A stretch of DNA of 64,000 nt. Source: an uncultured Spirochaetota bacterium (GTDB lineage: Bacteria; Spirochaetota; Spirochaetia; SZUA-6; Fen-1364). A program made the position numbers and the translations under genes. Within the stretch, counting starts at the first letter, position 1. Each line of letters opens with the position of its first letter. The DNA lies in contig CAVUXE010000015.1 in assembly GCA_963745235.1 (NCBI GenBank), forward strand, positions 160,001 to 224,000. Direction: 5' to 3'. Below, one piece after another: positions 1 through 11,862 of this stretch. The notes beneath the pieces are model-generated. The model was given only the letters and a program-made list of their open reading frames with translations. It was not told where the DNA came from and did no database searches.

Positions 1-669
1 GGAAAGCTTTCGATGATCGACATGGCCCGGGCCGCGGCGCGCCGCGGGATCAGGGTCATCGCGTTCACGGAGCATTCCGCGGGCCTGGGCATGACAGGCG
101 GCCTGACCATGGAGCGTCACGCCGAGCAGCAGGCGGAGATCAACGCCATCCAACGCCAGCTTGGCGACAGCATCCTTGTGCTGCACGCAACAGAGGTGGA
201 GATCAAGGCGGACGGAACGCTGGATTATCCTGACGAGTTCCTTTCCACCCTCGACCTGGTCATCGCCTCCCTCCATACCTCGCTCCGCCAGCCGCGGGAC
301 AAGGTGACAGAAAGGTTGATCATCGCCATGGGCAACCCGCACGTGGACATCATTGGCCACCCGACCGGACGCCTGATCCCGGACAGGGAGAGCGCTGACC
401 TCGACATGGACGCCGTGCTGGCGGCGGCGGCGCGCACCGGGGTGGCGCTGGAGATCAACGCAAGTCCTTACAGGCTGGACCTGGACGACGTCTACGCCCG
501 GCGCGCAAAGGAGATGGGCATCCCGCTCAGCGTCAACACGGACGCCCACTCCGAGGCGGACCTCGACGTGCTGCCCTTCGGCGTGGCAATCGCGCGAAGG
601 GCGTGGCTCACCGCGGAGGACGTCATCAACGCCTGGCCGACGCAGAAGCTGCTGGATTGGCTGATGTGA
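1..669 (+). CDS. PHP domain, probably the C-terminus of DNA polymerase X/PHP (5'-truncated by window)
   Basis: PHP motifs FTEHS, EVEI..DG.LDYPD, IASLH, IIGHPTGR, EINASPYRLDL, NTDAH; frame is open to the window edge. Confidence 0.8.
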   Translation, partial: GKLSMIDMARAAARRGIRVIAFTEHSAGLGMTGGLTMERHAEQQAEINAIQRQLGDSILVLHATEVEIKADGTLDYPDEFLSTLDLVIASLHTSLRQPRDKVTERLIIAMGNPHVDIIGHPTGRLIPDRESADLDMDAVLAAAARTGVALEINASPYRLDLDDVYARRAKEMGIPLSVNTDAHSEADLDVLPFGVAIARRAWLTAEDVINAWPTQKLLDWLM

Positions 670-734
670 TCTCTTTGGAATGCCGTCTCGTAAGAGTTGT
701 CATGCCACGCGGTGATCCGCGTAGGGAGGAAACC

Positions 735-1130
735 TTGAAACCGACCACGATCCTCGTGCTGTCCCTTTCAGCTCTGCTTGCGCTTGTACTGTCCGGCTGC
801 GCCGCGGCGCCTGCTACCAGCGCGCAAATAACGCCGGGGCAAGCGGCGCTTATCATGAAGGCGGGTAACTTCTTCTTTGATCCGAACACGGTTGCAGTCG
901 CGGCGACAGGAACCGTCACCCTGACAATAACCAACACGGGTGGCTCGTCGCACAACATCACCGTGAACGACCCGTCAGGGAAAGTCATCGACTCCGTCGA
1001 GATCCCCCCGAATGGGACGGTCACCACCCAGGTCACCTTTCCCGTGCCAGGGCAGTACCGCTTCAGTTGCAACCATCCCTTTCACGCGGACTTCGGCATG
1101 AAAGGGCGCTTCATCGTTTCTGGCGGGTGA
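735..1130 (+). CDS. Cupredoxin (type-1 copper) domain lipoprotein
   Basis: GGAGG RBS then TTG 735; hydrophobic leader with LSGC lipobox; HNI plus C-x4-H-x4-M (CNHPFHADFGM) copper ligands. Confidence 0.8.
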   Translation: MKPTTILVLSLSALLALVLSGCAAAPATSAQITPGQAALIMKAGNFFFDPNTVAVAATGTVTLTITNTGGSSHNITVNDPSGKVIDSVEIPPNGTVTTQVTFPVPGQYRFSCNHPFHADFGMKGRFIVSGG

Positions 1131-1131
1131 A

Positions 1132-1938
1132 TCACGGCTGTCTGTAGGCGCCGCTGATTATGGCGGCGCCTGCCGTTGATCCAATCCTGTCCGCCCCTGC
1201 CCGTATCATGGAAACGGCAGACGCGTAGGTGCGGACCCCGCCGCTTGCCTTGATCCCCCTGTCTCTTCCGACAGTCCTGCGCATGAGCGCAATGTCTTCC
1301 ACGGTGGCAACTCCACCAAGGAAGCCCGTGGAGGTTGCGACCACGTCCGCCCCTGCCTTGCGCGCGATCTCGCACGCAAGGACCTTCTCGTGCTCCGACA
1401 GAAGGACTGTCTCGAGAATGACGCCGAGGATCGTGCGCGCGCGGGTAGCCCTTCGCACGGCCCGAATGTCCTCCTGGACCGCGCGGTAGTCCCCTGCCTT
1501 GAGAAGCCCCATGTTGATGACCATGTCGATCTGGCCTGCGCCGTCGGAAATGGCCTCCCGGGTCTCGAACGCCTTGGCCCTGCTTGTCATCGCGCCCAGG
1601 GGGAACCCGACGACAGAGCAGACCTTGACGTCCGTGCCCTGCAGCCTGCGCGCCACCAAAGCGACGCGGCTGGAATTGACGCACACGCTGCGGAAACCGA
1701 GCTCCACCGCCTCCTGGCAGAGCCTTTCCAACGCGGCCGCGGATGCTTCCGGCCGCAGTAGCGTCTGGTCGATGAGCTTGGCAAGGTCCTGGGGAGTCGT
1801 TACAGCCCACGCAGGCGTGGCAGCCGCGGCAGGACCGGTGAGGCCGGACGTCGTGGCCGGTCCTGGCGAGCCGGTGGCGGCTTTCATGCGCGCAATCACC
1901 TCCGCGATGATCCGGTCTACCAGCTGGTTCTGATTCAT
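1132..1938 (-). CDS. deoC: Deoxyribose-phosphate aldolase-like protein with N-terminal encapsulation-peptide-like extension; catalytic Lys absent
   Basis: SVVGFPLG, IDMVIN, VILET, TSTGF, IKASGGVRT motifs; FVKTSTGF reads VVATSTGF. Confidence 0.8.
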   Translation of the reverse strand: MNQNQLVDRIIAEVIARMKAATGSPGPATTSGLTGPAAAATPAWAVTTPQDLAKLIDQTLLRPEASAAALERLCQEAVELGFRSVCVNSSRVALVARRLQGTDVKVCSVVGFPLGAMTSRAKAFETREAISDGAGQIDMVINMGLLKAGDYRAVQEDIRAVRRATRARTILGVILETVLLSEHEKVLACEIARKAGADVVATSTGFLGGVATVEDIALMRRTVGRDRGIKASGGVRTYASAVSMIRAGADRIGSTAGAAIISGAYRQP

Positions 1939-1981
1939 TTCGAGCTTTTCAGTGGCAAGCGGGCGCGGGGTTGGACCCTTC

Positions 1982-3670
1982 TCAGCCGGTCAGTGCACCC
2001 TTGCTCGCGGGAGAAACCAGGCGGGCATACTTTGCCAGTGCCCCGGTCGTGTAGGAGATCTTCCTCGGCTTCCAGGCTTTCCGCCTTTTTTCGATTTCTT
2101 CCCGAGAAAGATCCGCCGACAGAGCTCCCCTTTTGGCATCTATCGTTATCTGGTCCCCATCCTTGAGGAGGGCAATCAGCCCGCCGTCGCTCGCTTCAGG
2201 GCACACGTGGCCGACCAGCATCCCGTGACTGCCGCCGGAGAACCTGCCGTCGGTGATGAGGGCTACATCGGCAAGCATCCCTGCTCCGGCAAGCGCCGAG
2301 GTGGGGGCCAGCATCTCCCGCATCCCCGGGCCGCCCCGGGGGCCTTCGTTGCGGATCACCACCGTGTCCCCCTTGCGGATGGCCTTCCTTAGTATTGCCT
2401 CCAGGGCGTCCTCTTCGCTCTCGAACACGCGCGCGGGCCCGCGATGGACGAACTCCCCTATTCCGGCGGTTTTCAACACGGCGCCGTCCTCCGCGAGGTT
2501 GCCGCGCAGAATGCTGATTGGCCCGCGCGGGTCCACGGGGTCTGAGAATGGGTGAATGACATCCTGGCCGGCGAGGTCTGTGGAGACGTCCGCCAGGTTT
2601 TCCTTGACCGTCCTGCCGCTCACCGTCATGCAGTCCCCGTGGAGAAGGCGTTCGTCCAGGAGGAGCCGCATGACCTTCTGAACGCCTCCGGCGTGAAAAA
2701 GGTCGTTCATGACATAGCGGCCGCCGGGCTTCATGTCGCACAGCGTGGGAGTGCTGCGGTAGAACTCGTTGAAATCGAAGATGTCGAGAGGGACCCCCGC
2801 CTCGGCGGCCAGGGCCAGCAGGTGCAGCACCGCGTTCGTGGAGCCGCCGACGGCCATGACGACCCTGATTGCGTTCTCGAACGCTTCCCGCGTCATGATG
2901 TCCCGCGGACGTATGCCGCGGCGCACAAGCTCCATCAGCGAAGAGGCGGCGCGCTTCATGTCGTCTTTCTTCCGGGGATCCACGGCCGGGATTGAGCAGC
3001 TTCCCGGCAGGCTCATCCCGATGGCCTCCATGGCGGACGCCATGGTGTTGGCGGTATACATGCCGCCGCAGGCGCCCGGGCCAGGGCAGGCTGTACACTC
3101 GATGCCGTGCCTCTCTTCCTCCGTGATTGTCCCGGCGGAGAACTTTCCCACCGCCTCGAAGGCGCTCACGATGTCCACGGGCGTTCCCCGGTATTCACCT
3201 GCCTTGATGGAACCCCCGTAAACGAACAGGGATGGGAGGTTGAGCCGCGCCATGGCCATGACCGTTCCCGGGATGGTCTTGTCGCAGCCGCCAATTCCAA
3301 GGATGGCATCCATCTGGTGGCCACGAACCACAAGCTCAATGGCGTCCGCAATCACGTCCCGGCTCACCAGGGAGCATTTCATTCCCTCGTGGCCCATGGC
3401 CTCGCCGTCGGTGACGACGAACGTGTTGAACTTCATGGGAGCGCCGCCTGCTTCCTTCAGCGCGTCTTTGGAGACAGCGGCAAGATCGTCCAGGTGGACG
3501 TTGCAGGGCGTCACCTCGCTCCCGGCCGACGCAATGGCGACAATGGGCTTGTCAAAGTCAGCGTCGGTGAACCCGACGGCCCGAAGCATTGCCCGGTTGG
3601 GCATGCGGGCTACTCCCTCGGTCATGACCCGACTGTGCAAGTTGAGCTTCACGCGCGTCCCGTCAGTCAC
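1982..3670 (-). CDS. ilvD: Dihydroxy-acid dehydratase
   Basis: [46 protein letters not shown]. Confidence 0.96.
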   Translation of the reverse strand: MTDGTRVKLNLHSRVMTEGVARMPNRAMLRAVGFTDADFDKPIVAIASAGSEVTPCNVHLDDLAAVSKDALKEAGGAPMKFNTFVVTDGEAMGHEGMKCSLVSRDVIADAIELVVRGHQMDAILGIGGCDKTIPGTVMAMARLNLPSLFVYGGSIKAGEYRGTPVDIVSAFEAVGKFSAGTITEEERHGIECTACPGPGACGGMYTANTMASAMEAIGMSLPGSCSIPAVDPRKKDDMKRAASSLMELVRRGIRPRDIMTREAFENAIRVVMAVGGSTNAVLHLLALAAEAGVPLDIFDFNEFYRSTPTLCDMKPGGRYVMNDLFHAGGVQKVMRLLLDERLLHGDCMTVSGRTVKENLADVSTDLAGQDVIHPFSDPVDPRGPISILRGNLAEDGAVLKTAGIGEFVHRGPARVFESEEDALEAILRKAIRKGDTVVIRNEGPRGGPGMREMLAPTSALAGAGMLADVALITDGRFSGGSHGMLVGHVCPEASDGGLIALLKDGDQITIDAKRGALSADLSREEIEKRRKAWKPRKISYTTGALAKYARLVSPASKGALTG

Positions 3671-4298
3671 GGCTGCCTCCCGACGCAGCCCCGAAGTTCA
3701 GGTACGGGATCCGAGCCGCGGCGGCCTTGATTGCCTCCCGGTTGGCGAGCAGCATGGCGGTGGTATCCCATGTGCCCGCGACGAGGCTCTTCCTGTCCGA
3801 GTCCGGCATCGTGAAGCTCACCTTCCGGCCTCCCGCTGACACGGTGAGGGATTCGAGGTCGATGGAGATCACCAGCGCGGGATCCGCTTCCACGAGGGAT
3901 TGCAGCCGTACGGCGTCCTCGTGGGACACCCGTGCGGCTGGGAGGCCCAGCGCGGTGCAGTTCCCCGAAAATATCTCCGCGAAAGACTCTCCCACGAAGG
4001 CCTGGATGCCCGTGCGCATCAGGGACTGGGGGGCATGCTCCCGCGAGGACCCGCAGCCGAAGTTGCGGTTCACCAGCATGATGCTCCCGCCCGAGAAGCG
4101 CGGGTCATTCAACGGGTGCTTCCTGGGCTTGCCGTTGTCGTCGAATCTCTCGTCGAAGAACGCGTATTTCCCCAGCTCCTCGAATGTGATCAGCCTGAGG
4201 TAGCGGGCCGGGATGATCCTGTCCGTGTCTATGTCATCCCCGGGCACCACGATTGCCCTGCCCGTGATGAGCTTCCTGATGCTGGTGCTCTCCGCCAT
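3663..4298 (-). CDS. leuD: 3-isopropylmalate dehydratase small subunit
   Basis: [32 protein letters not shown]. Confidence 0.95.
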   Translation of the reverse strand: MAESTSIRKLITGRAIVVPGDDIDTDRIIPARYLRLITFEELGKYAFFDERFDDNGKPRKHPLNDPRFSGGSIMLVNRNFGCGSSREHAPQSLMRTGIQAFVGESFAEIFSGNCTALGLPAARVSHEDAVRLQSLVEADPALVISIDLESLTVSAGGRKVSFTMPDSDRKSLVAGTWDTTAMLLANREAIKAAAARIPYLNFGAASGGSRD

Positions 4299-5715
4299 TA
4301 CGACCCCCATTGCCCGCGGGCAGCATGTGCCTGGCGTCCACCACCTCACCGGCAATCGCCGCGGCAGCCGCCATAGCGGGGCTCATGAGGAGCGTCCGGC
4401 CGTGAGGGGACCCCTGCCTTCCGATGAAGTTCCTGTTGGAGGAGCTGGCGCACACCTGGCGACCCGTGAGCTTGTCAGGGTTCATTGCCAGGCACATGGA
4501 GCAGCCTGCATCCCGCCACTCGAATCCGGCCGCCCGGAATATCTCCGGAAGCCCCTCCTCCGTTGCCTGGCGCAGCACGGCGCGGGAACCGGGGACAACG
4601 AGAGCCTTCACGCGCGAAGAGACTTTTCTGCCCTTGACCACCCGGGCCGCCTCCCGCAGGTCGCTGATCCTGCCGTTCGTGCATGACCCGATGAATGCGA
4701 CATCCACCGCCAGCCCCTGCACCGGCTCTCCCTCCGTGAATCCCGTGTGGTCGTATGCCTTCCTGAGCGCTTCCTGGTCAGCGGGGCGCGCCTCGGAGAC
4801 GCGCGGGAGCTTCCCAGAGACCCCGATGGCCTGCCCCGGATTGATCCCCCAGGAGACCATGGGCTCCAGGGAGCTTCCGTCCAGCGTATGCGTGTCCGCG
4901 TAGTCAGCGTCGGGGTCAGATGCCATGCCTTTCCAGAACTGGACGGCTTTCTCGTAGTCCTTGCCCGCGGGGACAAAGCGCCGCCCCTTCAGGTATTCGA
5001 AGGTCACCGAATCCGGATTGATGTATCCCGCCCGCGCGCCGCCTTCGATGCTCATGTTGCACATGGTCAGGCGCGCCTCCATGGGCAGCGCGGCCACCGC
5101 CGGCCCGCCGTACTCGTACGCGTAGCCGATTCCGCCGTTGACGCCGAGGTCCGCGATGATCCGGATGATGAGGTCCTTCGCGTGCACCCCGGGGCGCAGC
5201 GTGCCGGTCACCTCGATCCGTCGGACCTTGGGCCGGGTGAAAGACAGGGTCTGCGACGCCAGGATGTCGCGAATCTGCGATGTCCCCACGCCGAAGGCGA
5301 GAGAACCCAGGGCACCGTGCGTGGAGGTGTGCGAGTCTCCGCAGGCAATCGTCATGCCGGGCTGCGTGAGGCCGAGCTCGGGACCGATGATATGAACGAT
5401 CCCCTGGTCATCCGTGTTGCCGAAAAAGAGGATGCCGTGCTGGCGCGCGTTCTTCTCTATGGCGCGCATCATCTGCTCCGCGAGCTCATCCGCGAACGGT
5501 CGGCGCTGCCCGTCGGTGGGGATGATGTGGTCCACCGTGGCAAAGGTCCGCTGGGGAAAGAGCACGGTGAGCCCCCTGTCCACCAGGGCCTGGAACGCCT
5601 GGGGAGAGGTGACCTCGTGAACGAGGTGCAGGCCAATGAACAGCTGGTCCTGCCCCGAAGGCAGCGTTGCCACCTTGTGCAGGTCCCACACCTTGTCGAG
5701 CAGCGTCTTTCCCAT
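4234..5715 (-). CDS. leuC: 3-isopropylmalate dehydratase large subunit (true stop probably the TAA at 4298-4300; G-run indel)
   Basis: [46 protein letters not shown]. Confidence 0.96.
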   Translation of the reverse strand: MGKTLLDKVWDLHKVATLPSGQDQLFIGLHLVHEVTSPQAFQALVDRGLTVLFPQRTFATVDHIIPTDGQRRPFADELAEQMMRAIEKNARQHGILFFGNTDDQGIVHIIGPELGLTQPGMTIACGDSHTSTHGALGSLAFGVGTSQIRDILASQTLSFTRPKVRRIEVTGTLRPGVHAKDLIIRIIADLGVNGGIGYAYEYGGPAVAALPMEARLTMCNMSIEGGARAGYINPDSVTFEYLKGRRFVPAGKDYEKAVQFWKGMASDPDADYADTHTLDGSSLEPMVSWGINPGQAIGVSGKLPRVSEARPADQEALRKAYDHTGFTEGEPVQGLAVDVAFIGSCTNGRISDLREAARVVKGRKVSSRVKALVVPGSRAVLRQATEEGLPEIFRAAGFEWRDAGCSMCLAMNPDKLTGRQVCASSSNRNFIGRQGSPHGRTLLMSPAMAAAAAIAGEVVDARHMLPAGNGGRNGGEHQHQEAHHGQGNRGARG

Positions 5716-5718
5716 GAT

Positions 5719-6221
5719 TCAGGTAACCTCCTCACCGCGAGCCATCAGCACCTTTCCGGTCCGAACCATCTCTATCACTCCGTAGCTGCCAAGCATCCTG
5801 TGCAGCGCATCCAGCTTCTCCGTGTTCCCGGTGATCTGCGCGGTCAGCGCGTTCTCCGAAAGGTCAAGCACGTGACCCTTGAAGGTGTGGACCACGTCCA
5901 GCACCTCGGTGCGCTTCTCCGGGGGCAGCGCACCTTGACGAGCGCCAGCTCCCTCTGGATCACGTCCTTGCCCGTGTTGTCAACGGCGTGCACGACGTCC
6001 ACCAGCTTGCCCAGCTGCATCAGGATATGGCCGATGGTCTTCTCGTCTCCCGTTGCAACGATGTTCATGTGCGAGAACGCGGGGTCGTGCGCTTCCGAGA
6101 CGACCATGCTGTCGATATTGAACCCGCGCCGGGCGAACACCAGCGCAATGCGGTTCAACACGCCGAACTTGTTGGCAACGTAGAGGCTCACCAGGTGCTT
6201 GCGCACCGTCGCCGCGGCCAT
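5719..6221 (-). CDS. ilvN: Acetolactate synthase small (regulatory) subunit, frameshifted near 5920-5925
   Basis: ACT domain NKFGVLNRI..FARRGFNIDS, RELALVKV; C-terminal EMVRTG in the second frame; break falls in a homopolymer. Confidence 0.9.
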
Positions 6222-7933
6222 CAGCGACGCTCCCTGGTCTCTGACGGGCCCAGGATCATGTCCTTCATGGAGGCGCCCGCAGGGATCATAGGGAACACGT
6301 TATCCTCTTTTGCCACCTCCGCGTCAATGACCACCGGGCCGTCGCTGTACGCGAGGGCCTTCTCCAGAACGGGAGTCACGTCCGCATTCCTGCGGATGCG
6401 AAACGCCTTGCATCCATAGCTCTCCGCGAGCTTGACGAAGTCCGGGTTCCCCACCAGGTCCACGCCCGAGAGGCGGTTCTCCCAGAACAGGTTCTGCCAC
6501 TGGCGCACCATCCCGAGGTAGCGGTTGTTGATGATGAGGACCTTGAGGGGGAGCTTCAGGTTGACCGCGGTGGAAAGCTCGTACATCGTCATCTGGAACC
6601 CGCCGTCTCCCACCACGGCGCAGACAAGCTCGCCGGGCCTGGCGAGCTGCGCCCCGATGGCGGCGGGGAAGCCGAATCCCATGGTGCCCGCGCCGCCGGA
6701 GGTGATCCATTTGAATCTTTCCTCCGTCAGGTAGAACTGGGCGGCCCACATCTGGTGCTGGCCGACGTCCGTTGTGACAATTGCCTTGCCCTGGGTGAGC
6801 CGGTACAGCTCGTCGATGACGTGCTGGGCCTCGAACGTGCCCTTCTTGTGGTAACGAAGAGGATACGACTTCTTCCATCCATCTATGCGCTCCCGCCACG
6901 CCTGCGTGTCTCCCGGCGCGAGCTGCCTGTTCAGCTGGGCGAGCACGAGACGCGCGTCCCCCACGATGGCGCAATCCATCTGGTATAACTTGTTGATCTC
7001 CGCGGGGTCGATGTCCACGTGGATTTTCAGGGCGTCCGGACAGAAGGTGTCAGGAGTGCCCGTTATCCTGTCGTCCCAGCGGGACCCCACCGACATGATC
7101 AGGTCGCACTCCACCACAGCCTTGTTCGCGTACGCCGTGCCGTGCATGCCGAGCATCCCCATGCTGAGCGGATGGGTCTCCGGAAACGCGCCCTTGCCCA
7201 GCAGCGTGTTGGTCACAGGAATCTGCATGGTCTCCGCCAGGACGCGCAGCTCCTGTCCTGCCCCGGAGATCACGGCGCCATGGCCCACCAGGAGCACGGG
7301 CCGCCTGGCCTGATGGAGCAGCTTTGCCGCGCATGCGACCTGCTCAGGATCTCCATTCTCAGGCACGTGGTAGCCGGGAAGATGGAACTCCTCGCTGCCG
7401 CGAAGCTCCATGGTGGTGTTGGAGACGTTGCGGGGGATGTCAACGAGCACGGGACCCGGCCGTCCGCTGTTGGCCAGGTAGAATGCTTCACGGAGCACGC
7501 GAGGGATGTCGGCTGCATCTTTGATGAGATAGGAATGCTTGACCACCGGCAGCGAGATCCCGGTGACGTCCGCCTCCTGGAAGGCGTCCATCCCCAGATC
7601 CTTCACGCTGGCCTGGCCGGTGAGAACGACCATGGGAACGGAATCCATCTTTGCCGTAAGGATCCCCGTGATGGTGTTCGTGGCGCCTGGGCCGGACGTG
7701 ACCAGGACAACGCCGGTCCGTCCGGATGCGCGGGCGAACCCGTCCGCCATGTGGGTGGCACCCTGCTCGTGCCTGGTCAGGACGAGCTGGATGGGAGAGT
7801 CCACCAGGGCGTCGAACAGGGGAATGGCAGCTCCGCCGGGGAGGCCGAACACATACTTCACCCCCTGCTCCTGCAGTATGTGCACCACTGCCTGGGCGCC
7901 CGTCAAGGAGCGCTTCGCCTTTGCATCTCCCAT
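6221..7933 (-). CDS. ilvB: Acetolactate synthase large subunit
   Basis: [50 protein letters not shown]. Confidence 0.96.
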   Translation of the reverse strand: MGDAKAKRSLTGAQAVVHILQEQGVKYVFGLPGGAAIPLFDALVDSPIQLVLTRHEQGATHMADGFARASGRTGVVLVTSGPGATNTITGILTAKMDSVPMVVLTGQASVKDLGMDAFQEADVTGISLPVVKHSYLIKDAADIPRVLREAFYLANSGRPGPVLVDIPRNVSNTTMELRGSEEFHLPGYHVPENGDPEQVACAAKLLHQARRPVLLVGHGAVISGAGQELRVLAETMQIPVTNTLLGKGAFPETHPLSMGMLGMHGTAYANKAVVECDLIMSVGSRWDDRITGTPDTFCPDALKIHVDIDPAEINKLYQMDCAIVGDARLVLAQLNRQLAPGDTQAWRERIDGWKKSYPLRYHKKGTFEAQHVIDELYRLTQGKAIVTTDVGQHQMWAAQFYLTEERFKWITSGGAGTMGFGFPAAIGAQLARPGELVCAVVGDGGFQMTMYELSTAVNLKLPLKVLIINNRYLGMVRQWQNLFWENRLSGVDLVGNPDFVKLAESYGCKAFRIRRNADVTPVLEKALAYSDGPVVIDAEVAKEDNVFPMIPAGASMKDMILGPSETRERR

Positions 7934-8031
7934 GTGTCGAATCCTTGTCCCTTCCTGCCTTAGGGTTCTAAAGTAATGTTCAACAACAGCCAAAAACAAG
8001 CGGTTTCTCGGCCGTTTCACGGCCCCAATCC

Positions 8032-8060
8032 TTGACTGCCCCATGGCAAAGAGATATGAC
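8032..8060 (+). promoter_or_regulatory. Putative sigma70 promoter for lysS
   Basis: TTGACT-N17-TATGAC upstream of AGGA RBS and ATG 8071. Confidence 0.4.
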
Positions 8061-8070
8061 GGTAGGACTT

Positions 8071-9652
8071 ATGAGCCCAGTGACGTACAAGGAATGGCCC
8101 TTCGTGGAGGCCCAGAGGATCATCTCCCGCCTCGCTCGGACGGGGAAGCCCGGCGTTGTCGCGGAGACCGGCTACGGGCCATCCGGGTTGCCGCACATCG
8201 GCACTTTCGGCGAAGTGGCCCGCACCTCGTTCGTTATCCAGGCTCTTGCCGCCCTGGCCCCCGACGTGAAGGCGTCCATCGTGGCATTTTCTGACGATAT
8301 GGACGGCCTGCGCGAGGTGCCGAAGAACCTCCCCAACGCGGAGATGCTGAAGGAGCACCTGGGCAAGCCCCTGACCTCTATCCCGGACCCCTTCGGAGAG
8401 GAAGAATCCTTCGCGCACTACATGAACAAGAAGCTGCGCGAGTTCCTTGATTCATTTGGCTTCACGTACCAGTTCGCCTCCGCGACAGAGAAGTATCGCT
8501 CAGGGGCATTCGATGAGGGCTTGCGCAAGGTGATGGAGCACTATGACGAGGTGAGCGACCTGTTTCGCGCGACCATCGCTGAGGAGAAGCGGGCCGGCTG
8601 GAGCCCCTTCTTCCCGATCTGCGAAAACTGCGGCCGGATCTACTCCACCCGCGTGACCGGATACGACCCGAAGGCCTGCACCATCACCTACACCTGTGAC
8701 GTCGACTCGCCGGGGAAGTACGCGGCATGCGGCCATTCCGCCACAACGACTATCCTGGGCGGCATGTGCAAGGTCGGATGGAAAGTGGACTGGGCTCTTC
8801 GCTGGTACTGTCTCGGCGTGGACTACGAGATGCACGGGGAGGACCTCCTGGAGTCCTCCCGGCTGTCCTCCCGGATCGTGAAGGTCCTGGGCGGGGAACC
8901 GCCTGAGCTGTTCAAATACGAGCTCTTCCTGGATGAGAACGGGAAGAAGATCTCGAAGAAGATCGGCAACGGAGTTTCCCTGGAGCAATGGCTTCGCTAT
9001 GCCCCCGTGGACTCCCTCCTGCACTTCATGTACATCAAGCCCCAGCAGGCCAAGCGCATGGGGCTCCCCCTTCTGCCCGGAGATCATCGACCAGTACCTC
9101 GAGCTGGTGGAGTCCTGGGACGGGTCTGAAGACTCCCCGGTCCCCTTCATCTCGCGGCTTTCCAGCAAGGGCCACGCCGGGAGGCTGGCGGACCAGAAGC
9201 TCGTAACGTATTCCCTCATCCTGCAGCTGATCCTGGCGCTGAACCAGGATGACCCGCGCATCGTGCGTGACTACCTCTTGAAGTACCAGCCGGGCATCTC
9301 GGGCAACGTGGCGTACTACGAGCAACTGATCGAGGATGCCCTGGCCTACTACCGCGAAGTCCTGCTCCCGGCTCGAAAAAGCGAAGAGGCAGGGCACGAG
9401 ATGGACAAGGCCCTGGAGGCGATGCGGGACATCCTTGTGGGACTGAGGGACAGCGGCGCCGCCCCGGATGCGGATTCCCTGCAGACCATGGCGTTCCAGG
9501 TGTCGAAGGACCGGGGGCTGAAAATGAAAGACTGGTTTCGCACGCTGTACCGTGTTTTCCTGGGCCAATCCCAGGGGCCCCGGATCGGAAGCTTCATTTC
9601 GCTCCTGGGCTTCGACAAGACAATCGAACGTCTGAACACGCACCTGGGATAG
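8071..9652 (+). CDS. lysS: Class I lysyl-tRNA synthetase, frameshifted near 9065-9085
   Basis: ETGYGPSGLPHIG (HIGH-like), SDDMDGLR, CENCG, KVDWALRW, KISKK; anticodon domain LGQSQGPRIGSF in the second frame. Confidence 0.93.
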
Positions 9653-9659
9653 GAAGACC

Positions 9660-10946
9660 ATGGCAGAGAAAAGCGGTGACCTGAAGACTGTCAGCGCGGC
9701 CCAGAGTGTCCTTTCGGGGGAAAAGAAACGAGGCGCGCTGAGGCGGATCCTGCCTTTCCTCGGCCCCGCGTTCATAGCGTGCGTCGCCTACATAGATCCA
9801 GGTAATTTCGCCACCAATGTCCAGGGGGGCTCGGAGTTCGGCCTCATGCTGCTCTGGGTCATCCTTGCCGCAAACCTCATGGCGATGCTGCTGCAGACGC
9901 TCTCCGCGAAGCTGGGGATCGCAACGGGAAAGAACCTGGCCGAGCATTGCCGAGAACGCCTCCCGCAATGGCTGGTTGCCGTCATGTGGATCGTCGCGGA
10001 GATAGCCGCCATGGCCACGGACCTGGCGGAGTTCCTCGGGGCAACCCTCGGGTTCTCCCTGCTTTTCGGGATTCCCTTGTGGATAGGGGTCATCCTCACC
10101 GCCATCGCAACCGTCCTGATCCTCAGCCTGGAGAGGTTCGGGTTCCGTCCCTTGGAGGCGGTCATCACGGCGCTCGTCGGCGTCATAGCGGTGAGCTACA
10201 TCGTGGAGATGGTCCTCGTCCGCCCCCCCCTTGGGCAGGTGTTGGTGCACTCCGTTGTGCCGCAGCTTGCGGGCACGGAAAGCGTCCTCCTCGCGGTTGG
10301 CATCATTGGGGCAACGGTGATGCCGCACGTCATCTTCCTGCATTCCTCGCTCACCCAGAGCCGCATCGTGGTGAAGGAGCCCCGGAAGCTGCGGCGCCTG
10401 CTCCGCTTCGAGATCACCGACGTCGCCATCGCAATGGGCCTGGCGGGGGTCATCAACATGGCCATGCTCATCATGGCGGCGCAGACCTTCCACGTGCACG
10501 GCATGACCAATATCGCCACCATCGAGGACGCGCACAAGACGCTGGTGCCGCTTCTCGGCACCGCGGCGAGCTGGGTGTTCGCCATCTCGCTCCTGGCTTC
10601 CGGCCTCTCCTCCTCCTCTGTCGGGACCATGGCCGGCCAGGTGATCATGCAGGGCTTCATCCGCCGGCAGATACCCGCGTGGGTCCGCAGGCTTGTCACC
10701 ATGGTCCCCTCGGTGGCCGTCATCATCCTGGGCATCGACCCGACCCGCGCCCTGGTCATGAGCCAGGTGGTGCTGAGCTTCGCGCTGCCCTTTCCCGTCA
10801 TCCCCCTGGTCTTCTTCACGCGGAGGAAGGACGTCATGGGCGTCCTGGTCAACAAGCCGCTGACGACAGCCGCCGCTGGTCTGGCGGCGGCCGTTATCCT
10901 GGGGTTGAACGTGTACCTTGTTTACCAGACCTTCGCAGGAGGGTAG
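9660..10946 (+). CDS. mntH: Nramp family divalent metal (Mn2+/Fe2+) transporter
   Basis: AYIDPGNF, GATVMPH.IFLHS, GTMAGQVIMQGF, SQVVLSF; multiple TM helices. Confidence 0.95.
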   Translation: MAEKSGDLKTVSAAQSVLSGEKKRGALRRILPFLGPAFIACVAYIDPGNFATNVQGGSEFGLMLLWVILAANLMAMLLQTLSAKLGIATGKNLAEHCRERLPQWLVAVMWIVAEIAAMATDLAEFLGATLGFSLLFGIPLWIGVILTAIATVLILSLERFGFRPLEAVITALVGVIAVSYIVEMVLVRPPLGQVLVHSVVPQLAGTESVLLAVGIIGATVMPHVIFLHSSLTQSRIVVKEPRKLRRLLRFEITDVAIAMGLAGVINMAMLIMAAQTFHVHGMTNIATIEDAHKTLVPLLGTAASWVFAISLLASGLSSSSVGTMAGQVIMQGFIRRQIPAWVRRLVTMVPSVAVIILGIDPTRALVMSQVVLSFALPFPVIPLVFFTRRKDVMGVLVNKPLTTAAAGLAAAVILGLNVYLVYQTFAGG

Positions 10947-10950
10947 CCCG

Positions 10951-11862
10951 ATGTTCAAGCACATCCTCGTCCCCCTGGACGGGTCACGCCTTGCGGAATC
11001 CGCCCTCGGGATGGCAGCGTCGCTTGCAAAGAAGTTCGGCGCCTCCCTCACTCTCATCCACGTGATCGAGAAGGATGCGCCGTCCGAGATCCACAGCGAG
11101 AGGCACCTGGTATCCCCGGATGAGGCAGCGGCATACCTGGACGAGGTGGCCCACCTTTCCGCGCTTTCAGGGGTCCGCGTATCGACCCACGTTCACACAT
11201 CCCAGGTCAGCGACGTGGCGCTCAGCGTCACGGAGCACTCCGCGGAGCTGGCCCCGGACCTCATTGTGATGAGCAGGCATGGCCGGGGAGGAGCGCGGCG
11301 GCTTCTCTTCGGGGCAATCGCGCAGCAGATCATAGCGCTGGGCACGACGCCCGTCCTCCTGGTCCGCCCCTCCACGGACGTGAGAGGGGAGAGCTCCAGC
11401 GCGGACTGGCGCATCATCCTGGCCCCTATTGACGGCGACCCGTCCCATGAGAAAGGCCTCCCTGTCGCCTCGGACCTCGCCATCGCCTTTCACTGCCGGC
11501 TGCACCTCCTGATGGTGGTGCCGACCATCGGAAAGCTCAGCGGCCTGCAGGGCGCCCTCTCTCTCCTGCTTCCGGGGGCCACTCGGGTCAAGCTGGAGAT
11601 GGACAGCGCGGGAGCGCGTGATTACCTGGCGGAACGGGAGAGAGAGCTCCAGAGCAGCGGCGTTCACGCCGGAAGCGAGACCTCCCGGGGAGACCCGGCG
11701 CGCGCAATCGTGAAGGCAGCCCGGCGGCTGACGGCGGACCTCGTCGTCATGGGGACGCACGGAAGGGCGGGAACGGATGCGTTCTGGACCGGAAGCGTCG
11801 CGGCCCAGGTGGTGGCGCGCGCCAGCGTGCCGTTGCTCCTGGTGCCCCTCAAGGAGTCGTAG
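10951..11862 (+). CDS. Tandem-domain universal stress protein
   Basis: MFKHILVPLDGS..., DLIVMSRHG and DLVVMGTHGR..GSVA in two USP repeats. Confidence 0.9.
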   Translation: MFKHILVPLDGSRLAESALGMAASLAKKFGASLTLIHVIEKDAPSEIHSERHLVSPDEAAAYLDEVAHLSALSGVRVSTHVHTSQVSDVALSVTEHSAELAPDLIVMSRHGRGGARRLLFGAIAQQIIALGTTPVLLVRPSTDVRGESSSADWRIILAPIDGDPSHEKGLPVASDLAIAFHCRLHLLMVVPTIGKLSGLQGALSLLLPGATRVKLEMDSAGARDYLAERERELQSSGVHAGSETSRGDPARAIVKAARRLTADLVVMGTHGRAGTDAFWTGSVAAQVVARASVPLLLVPLKES

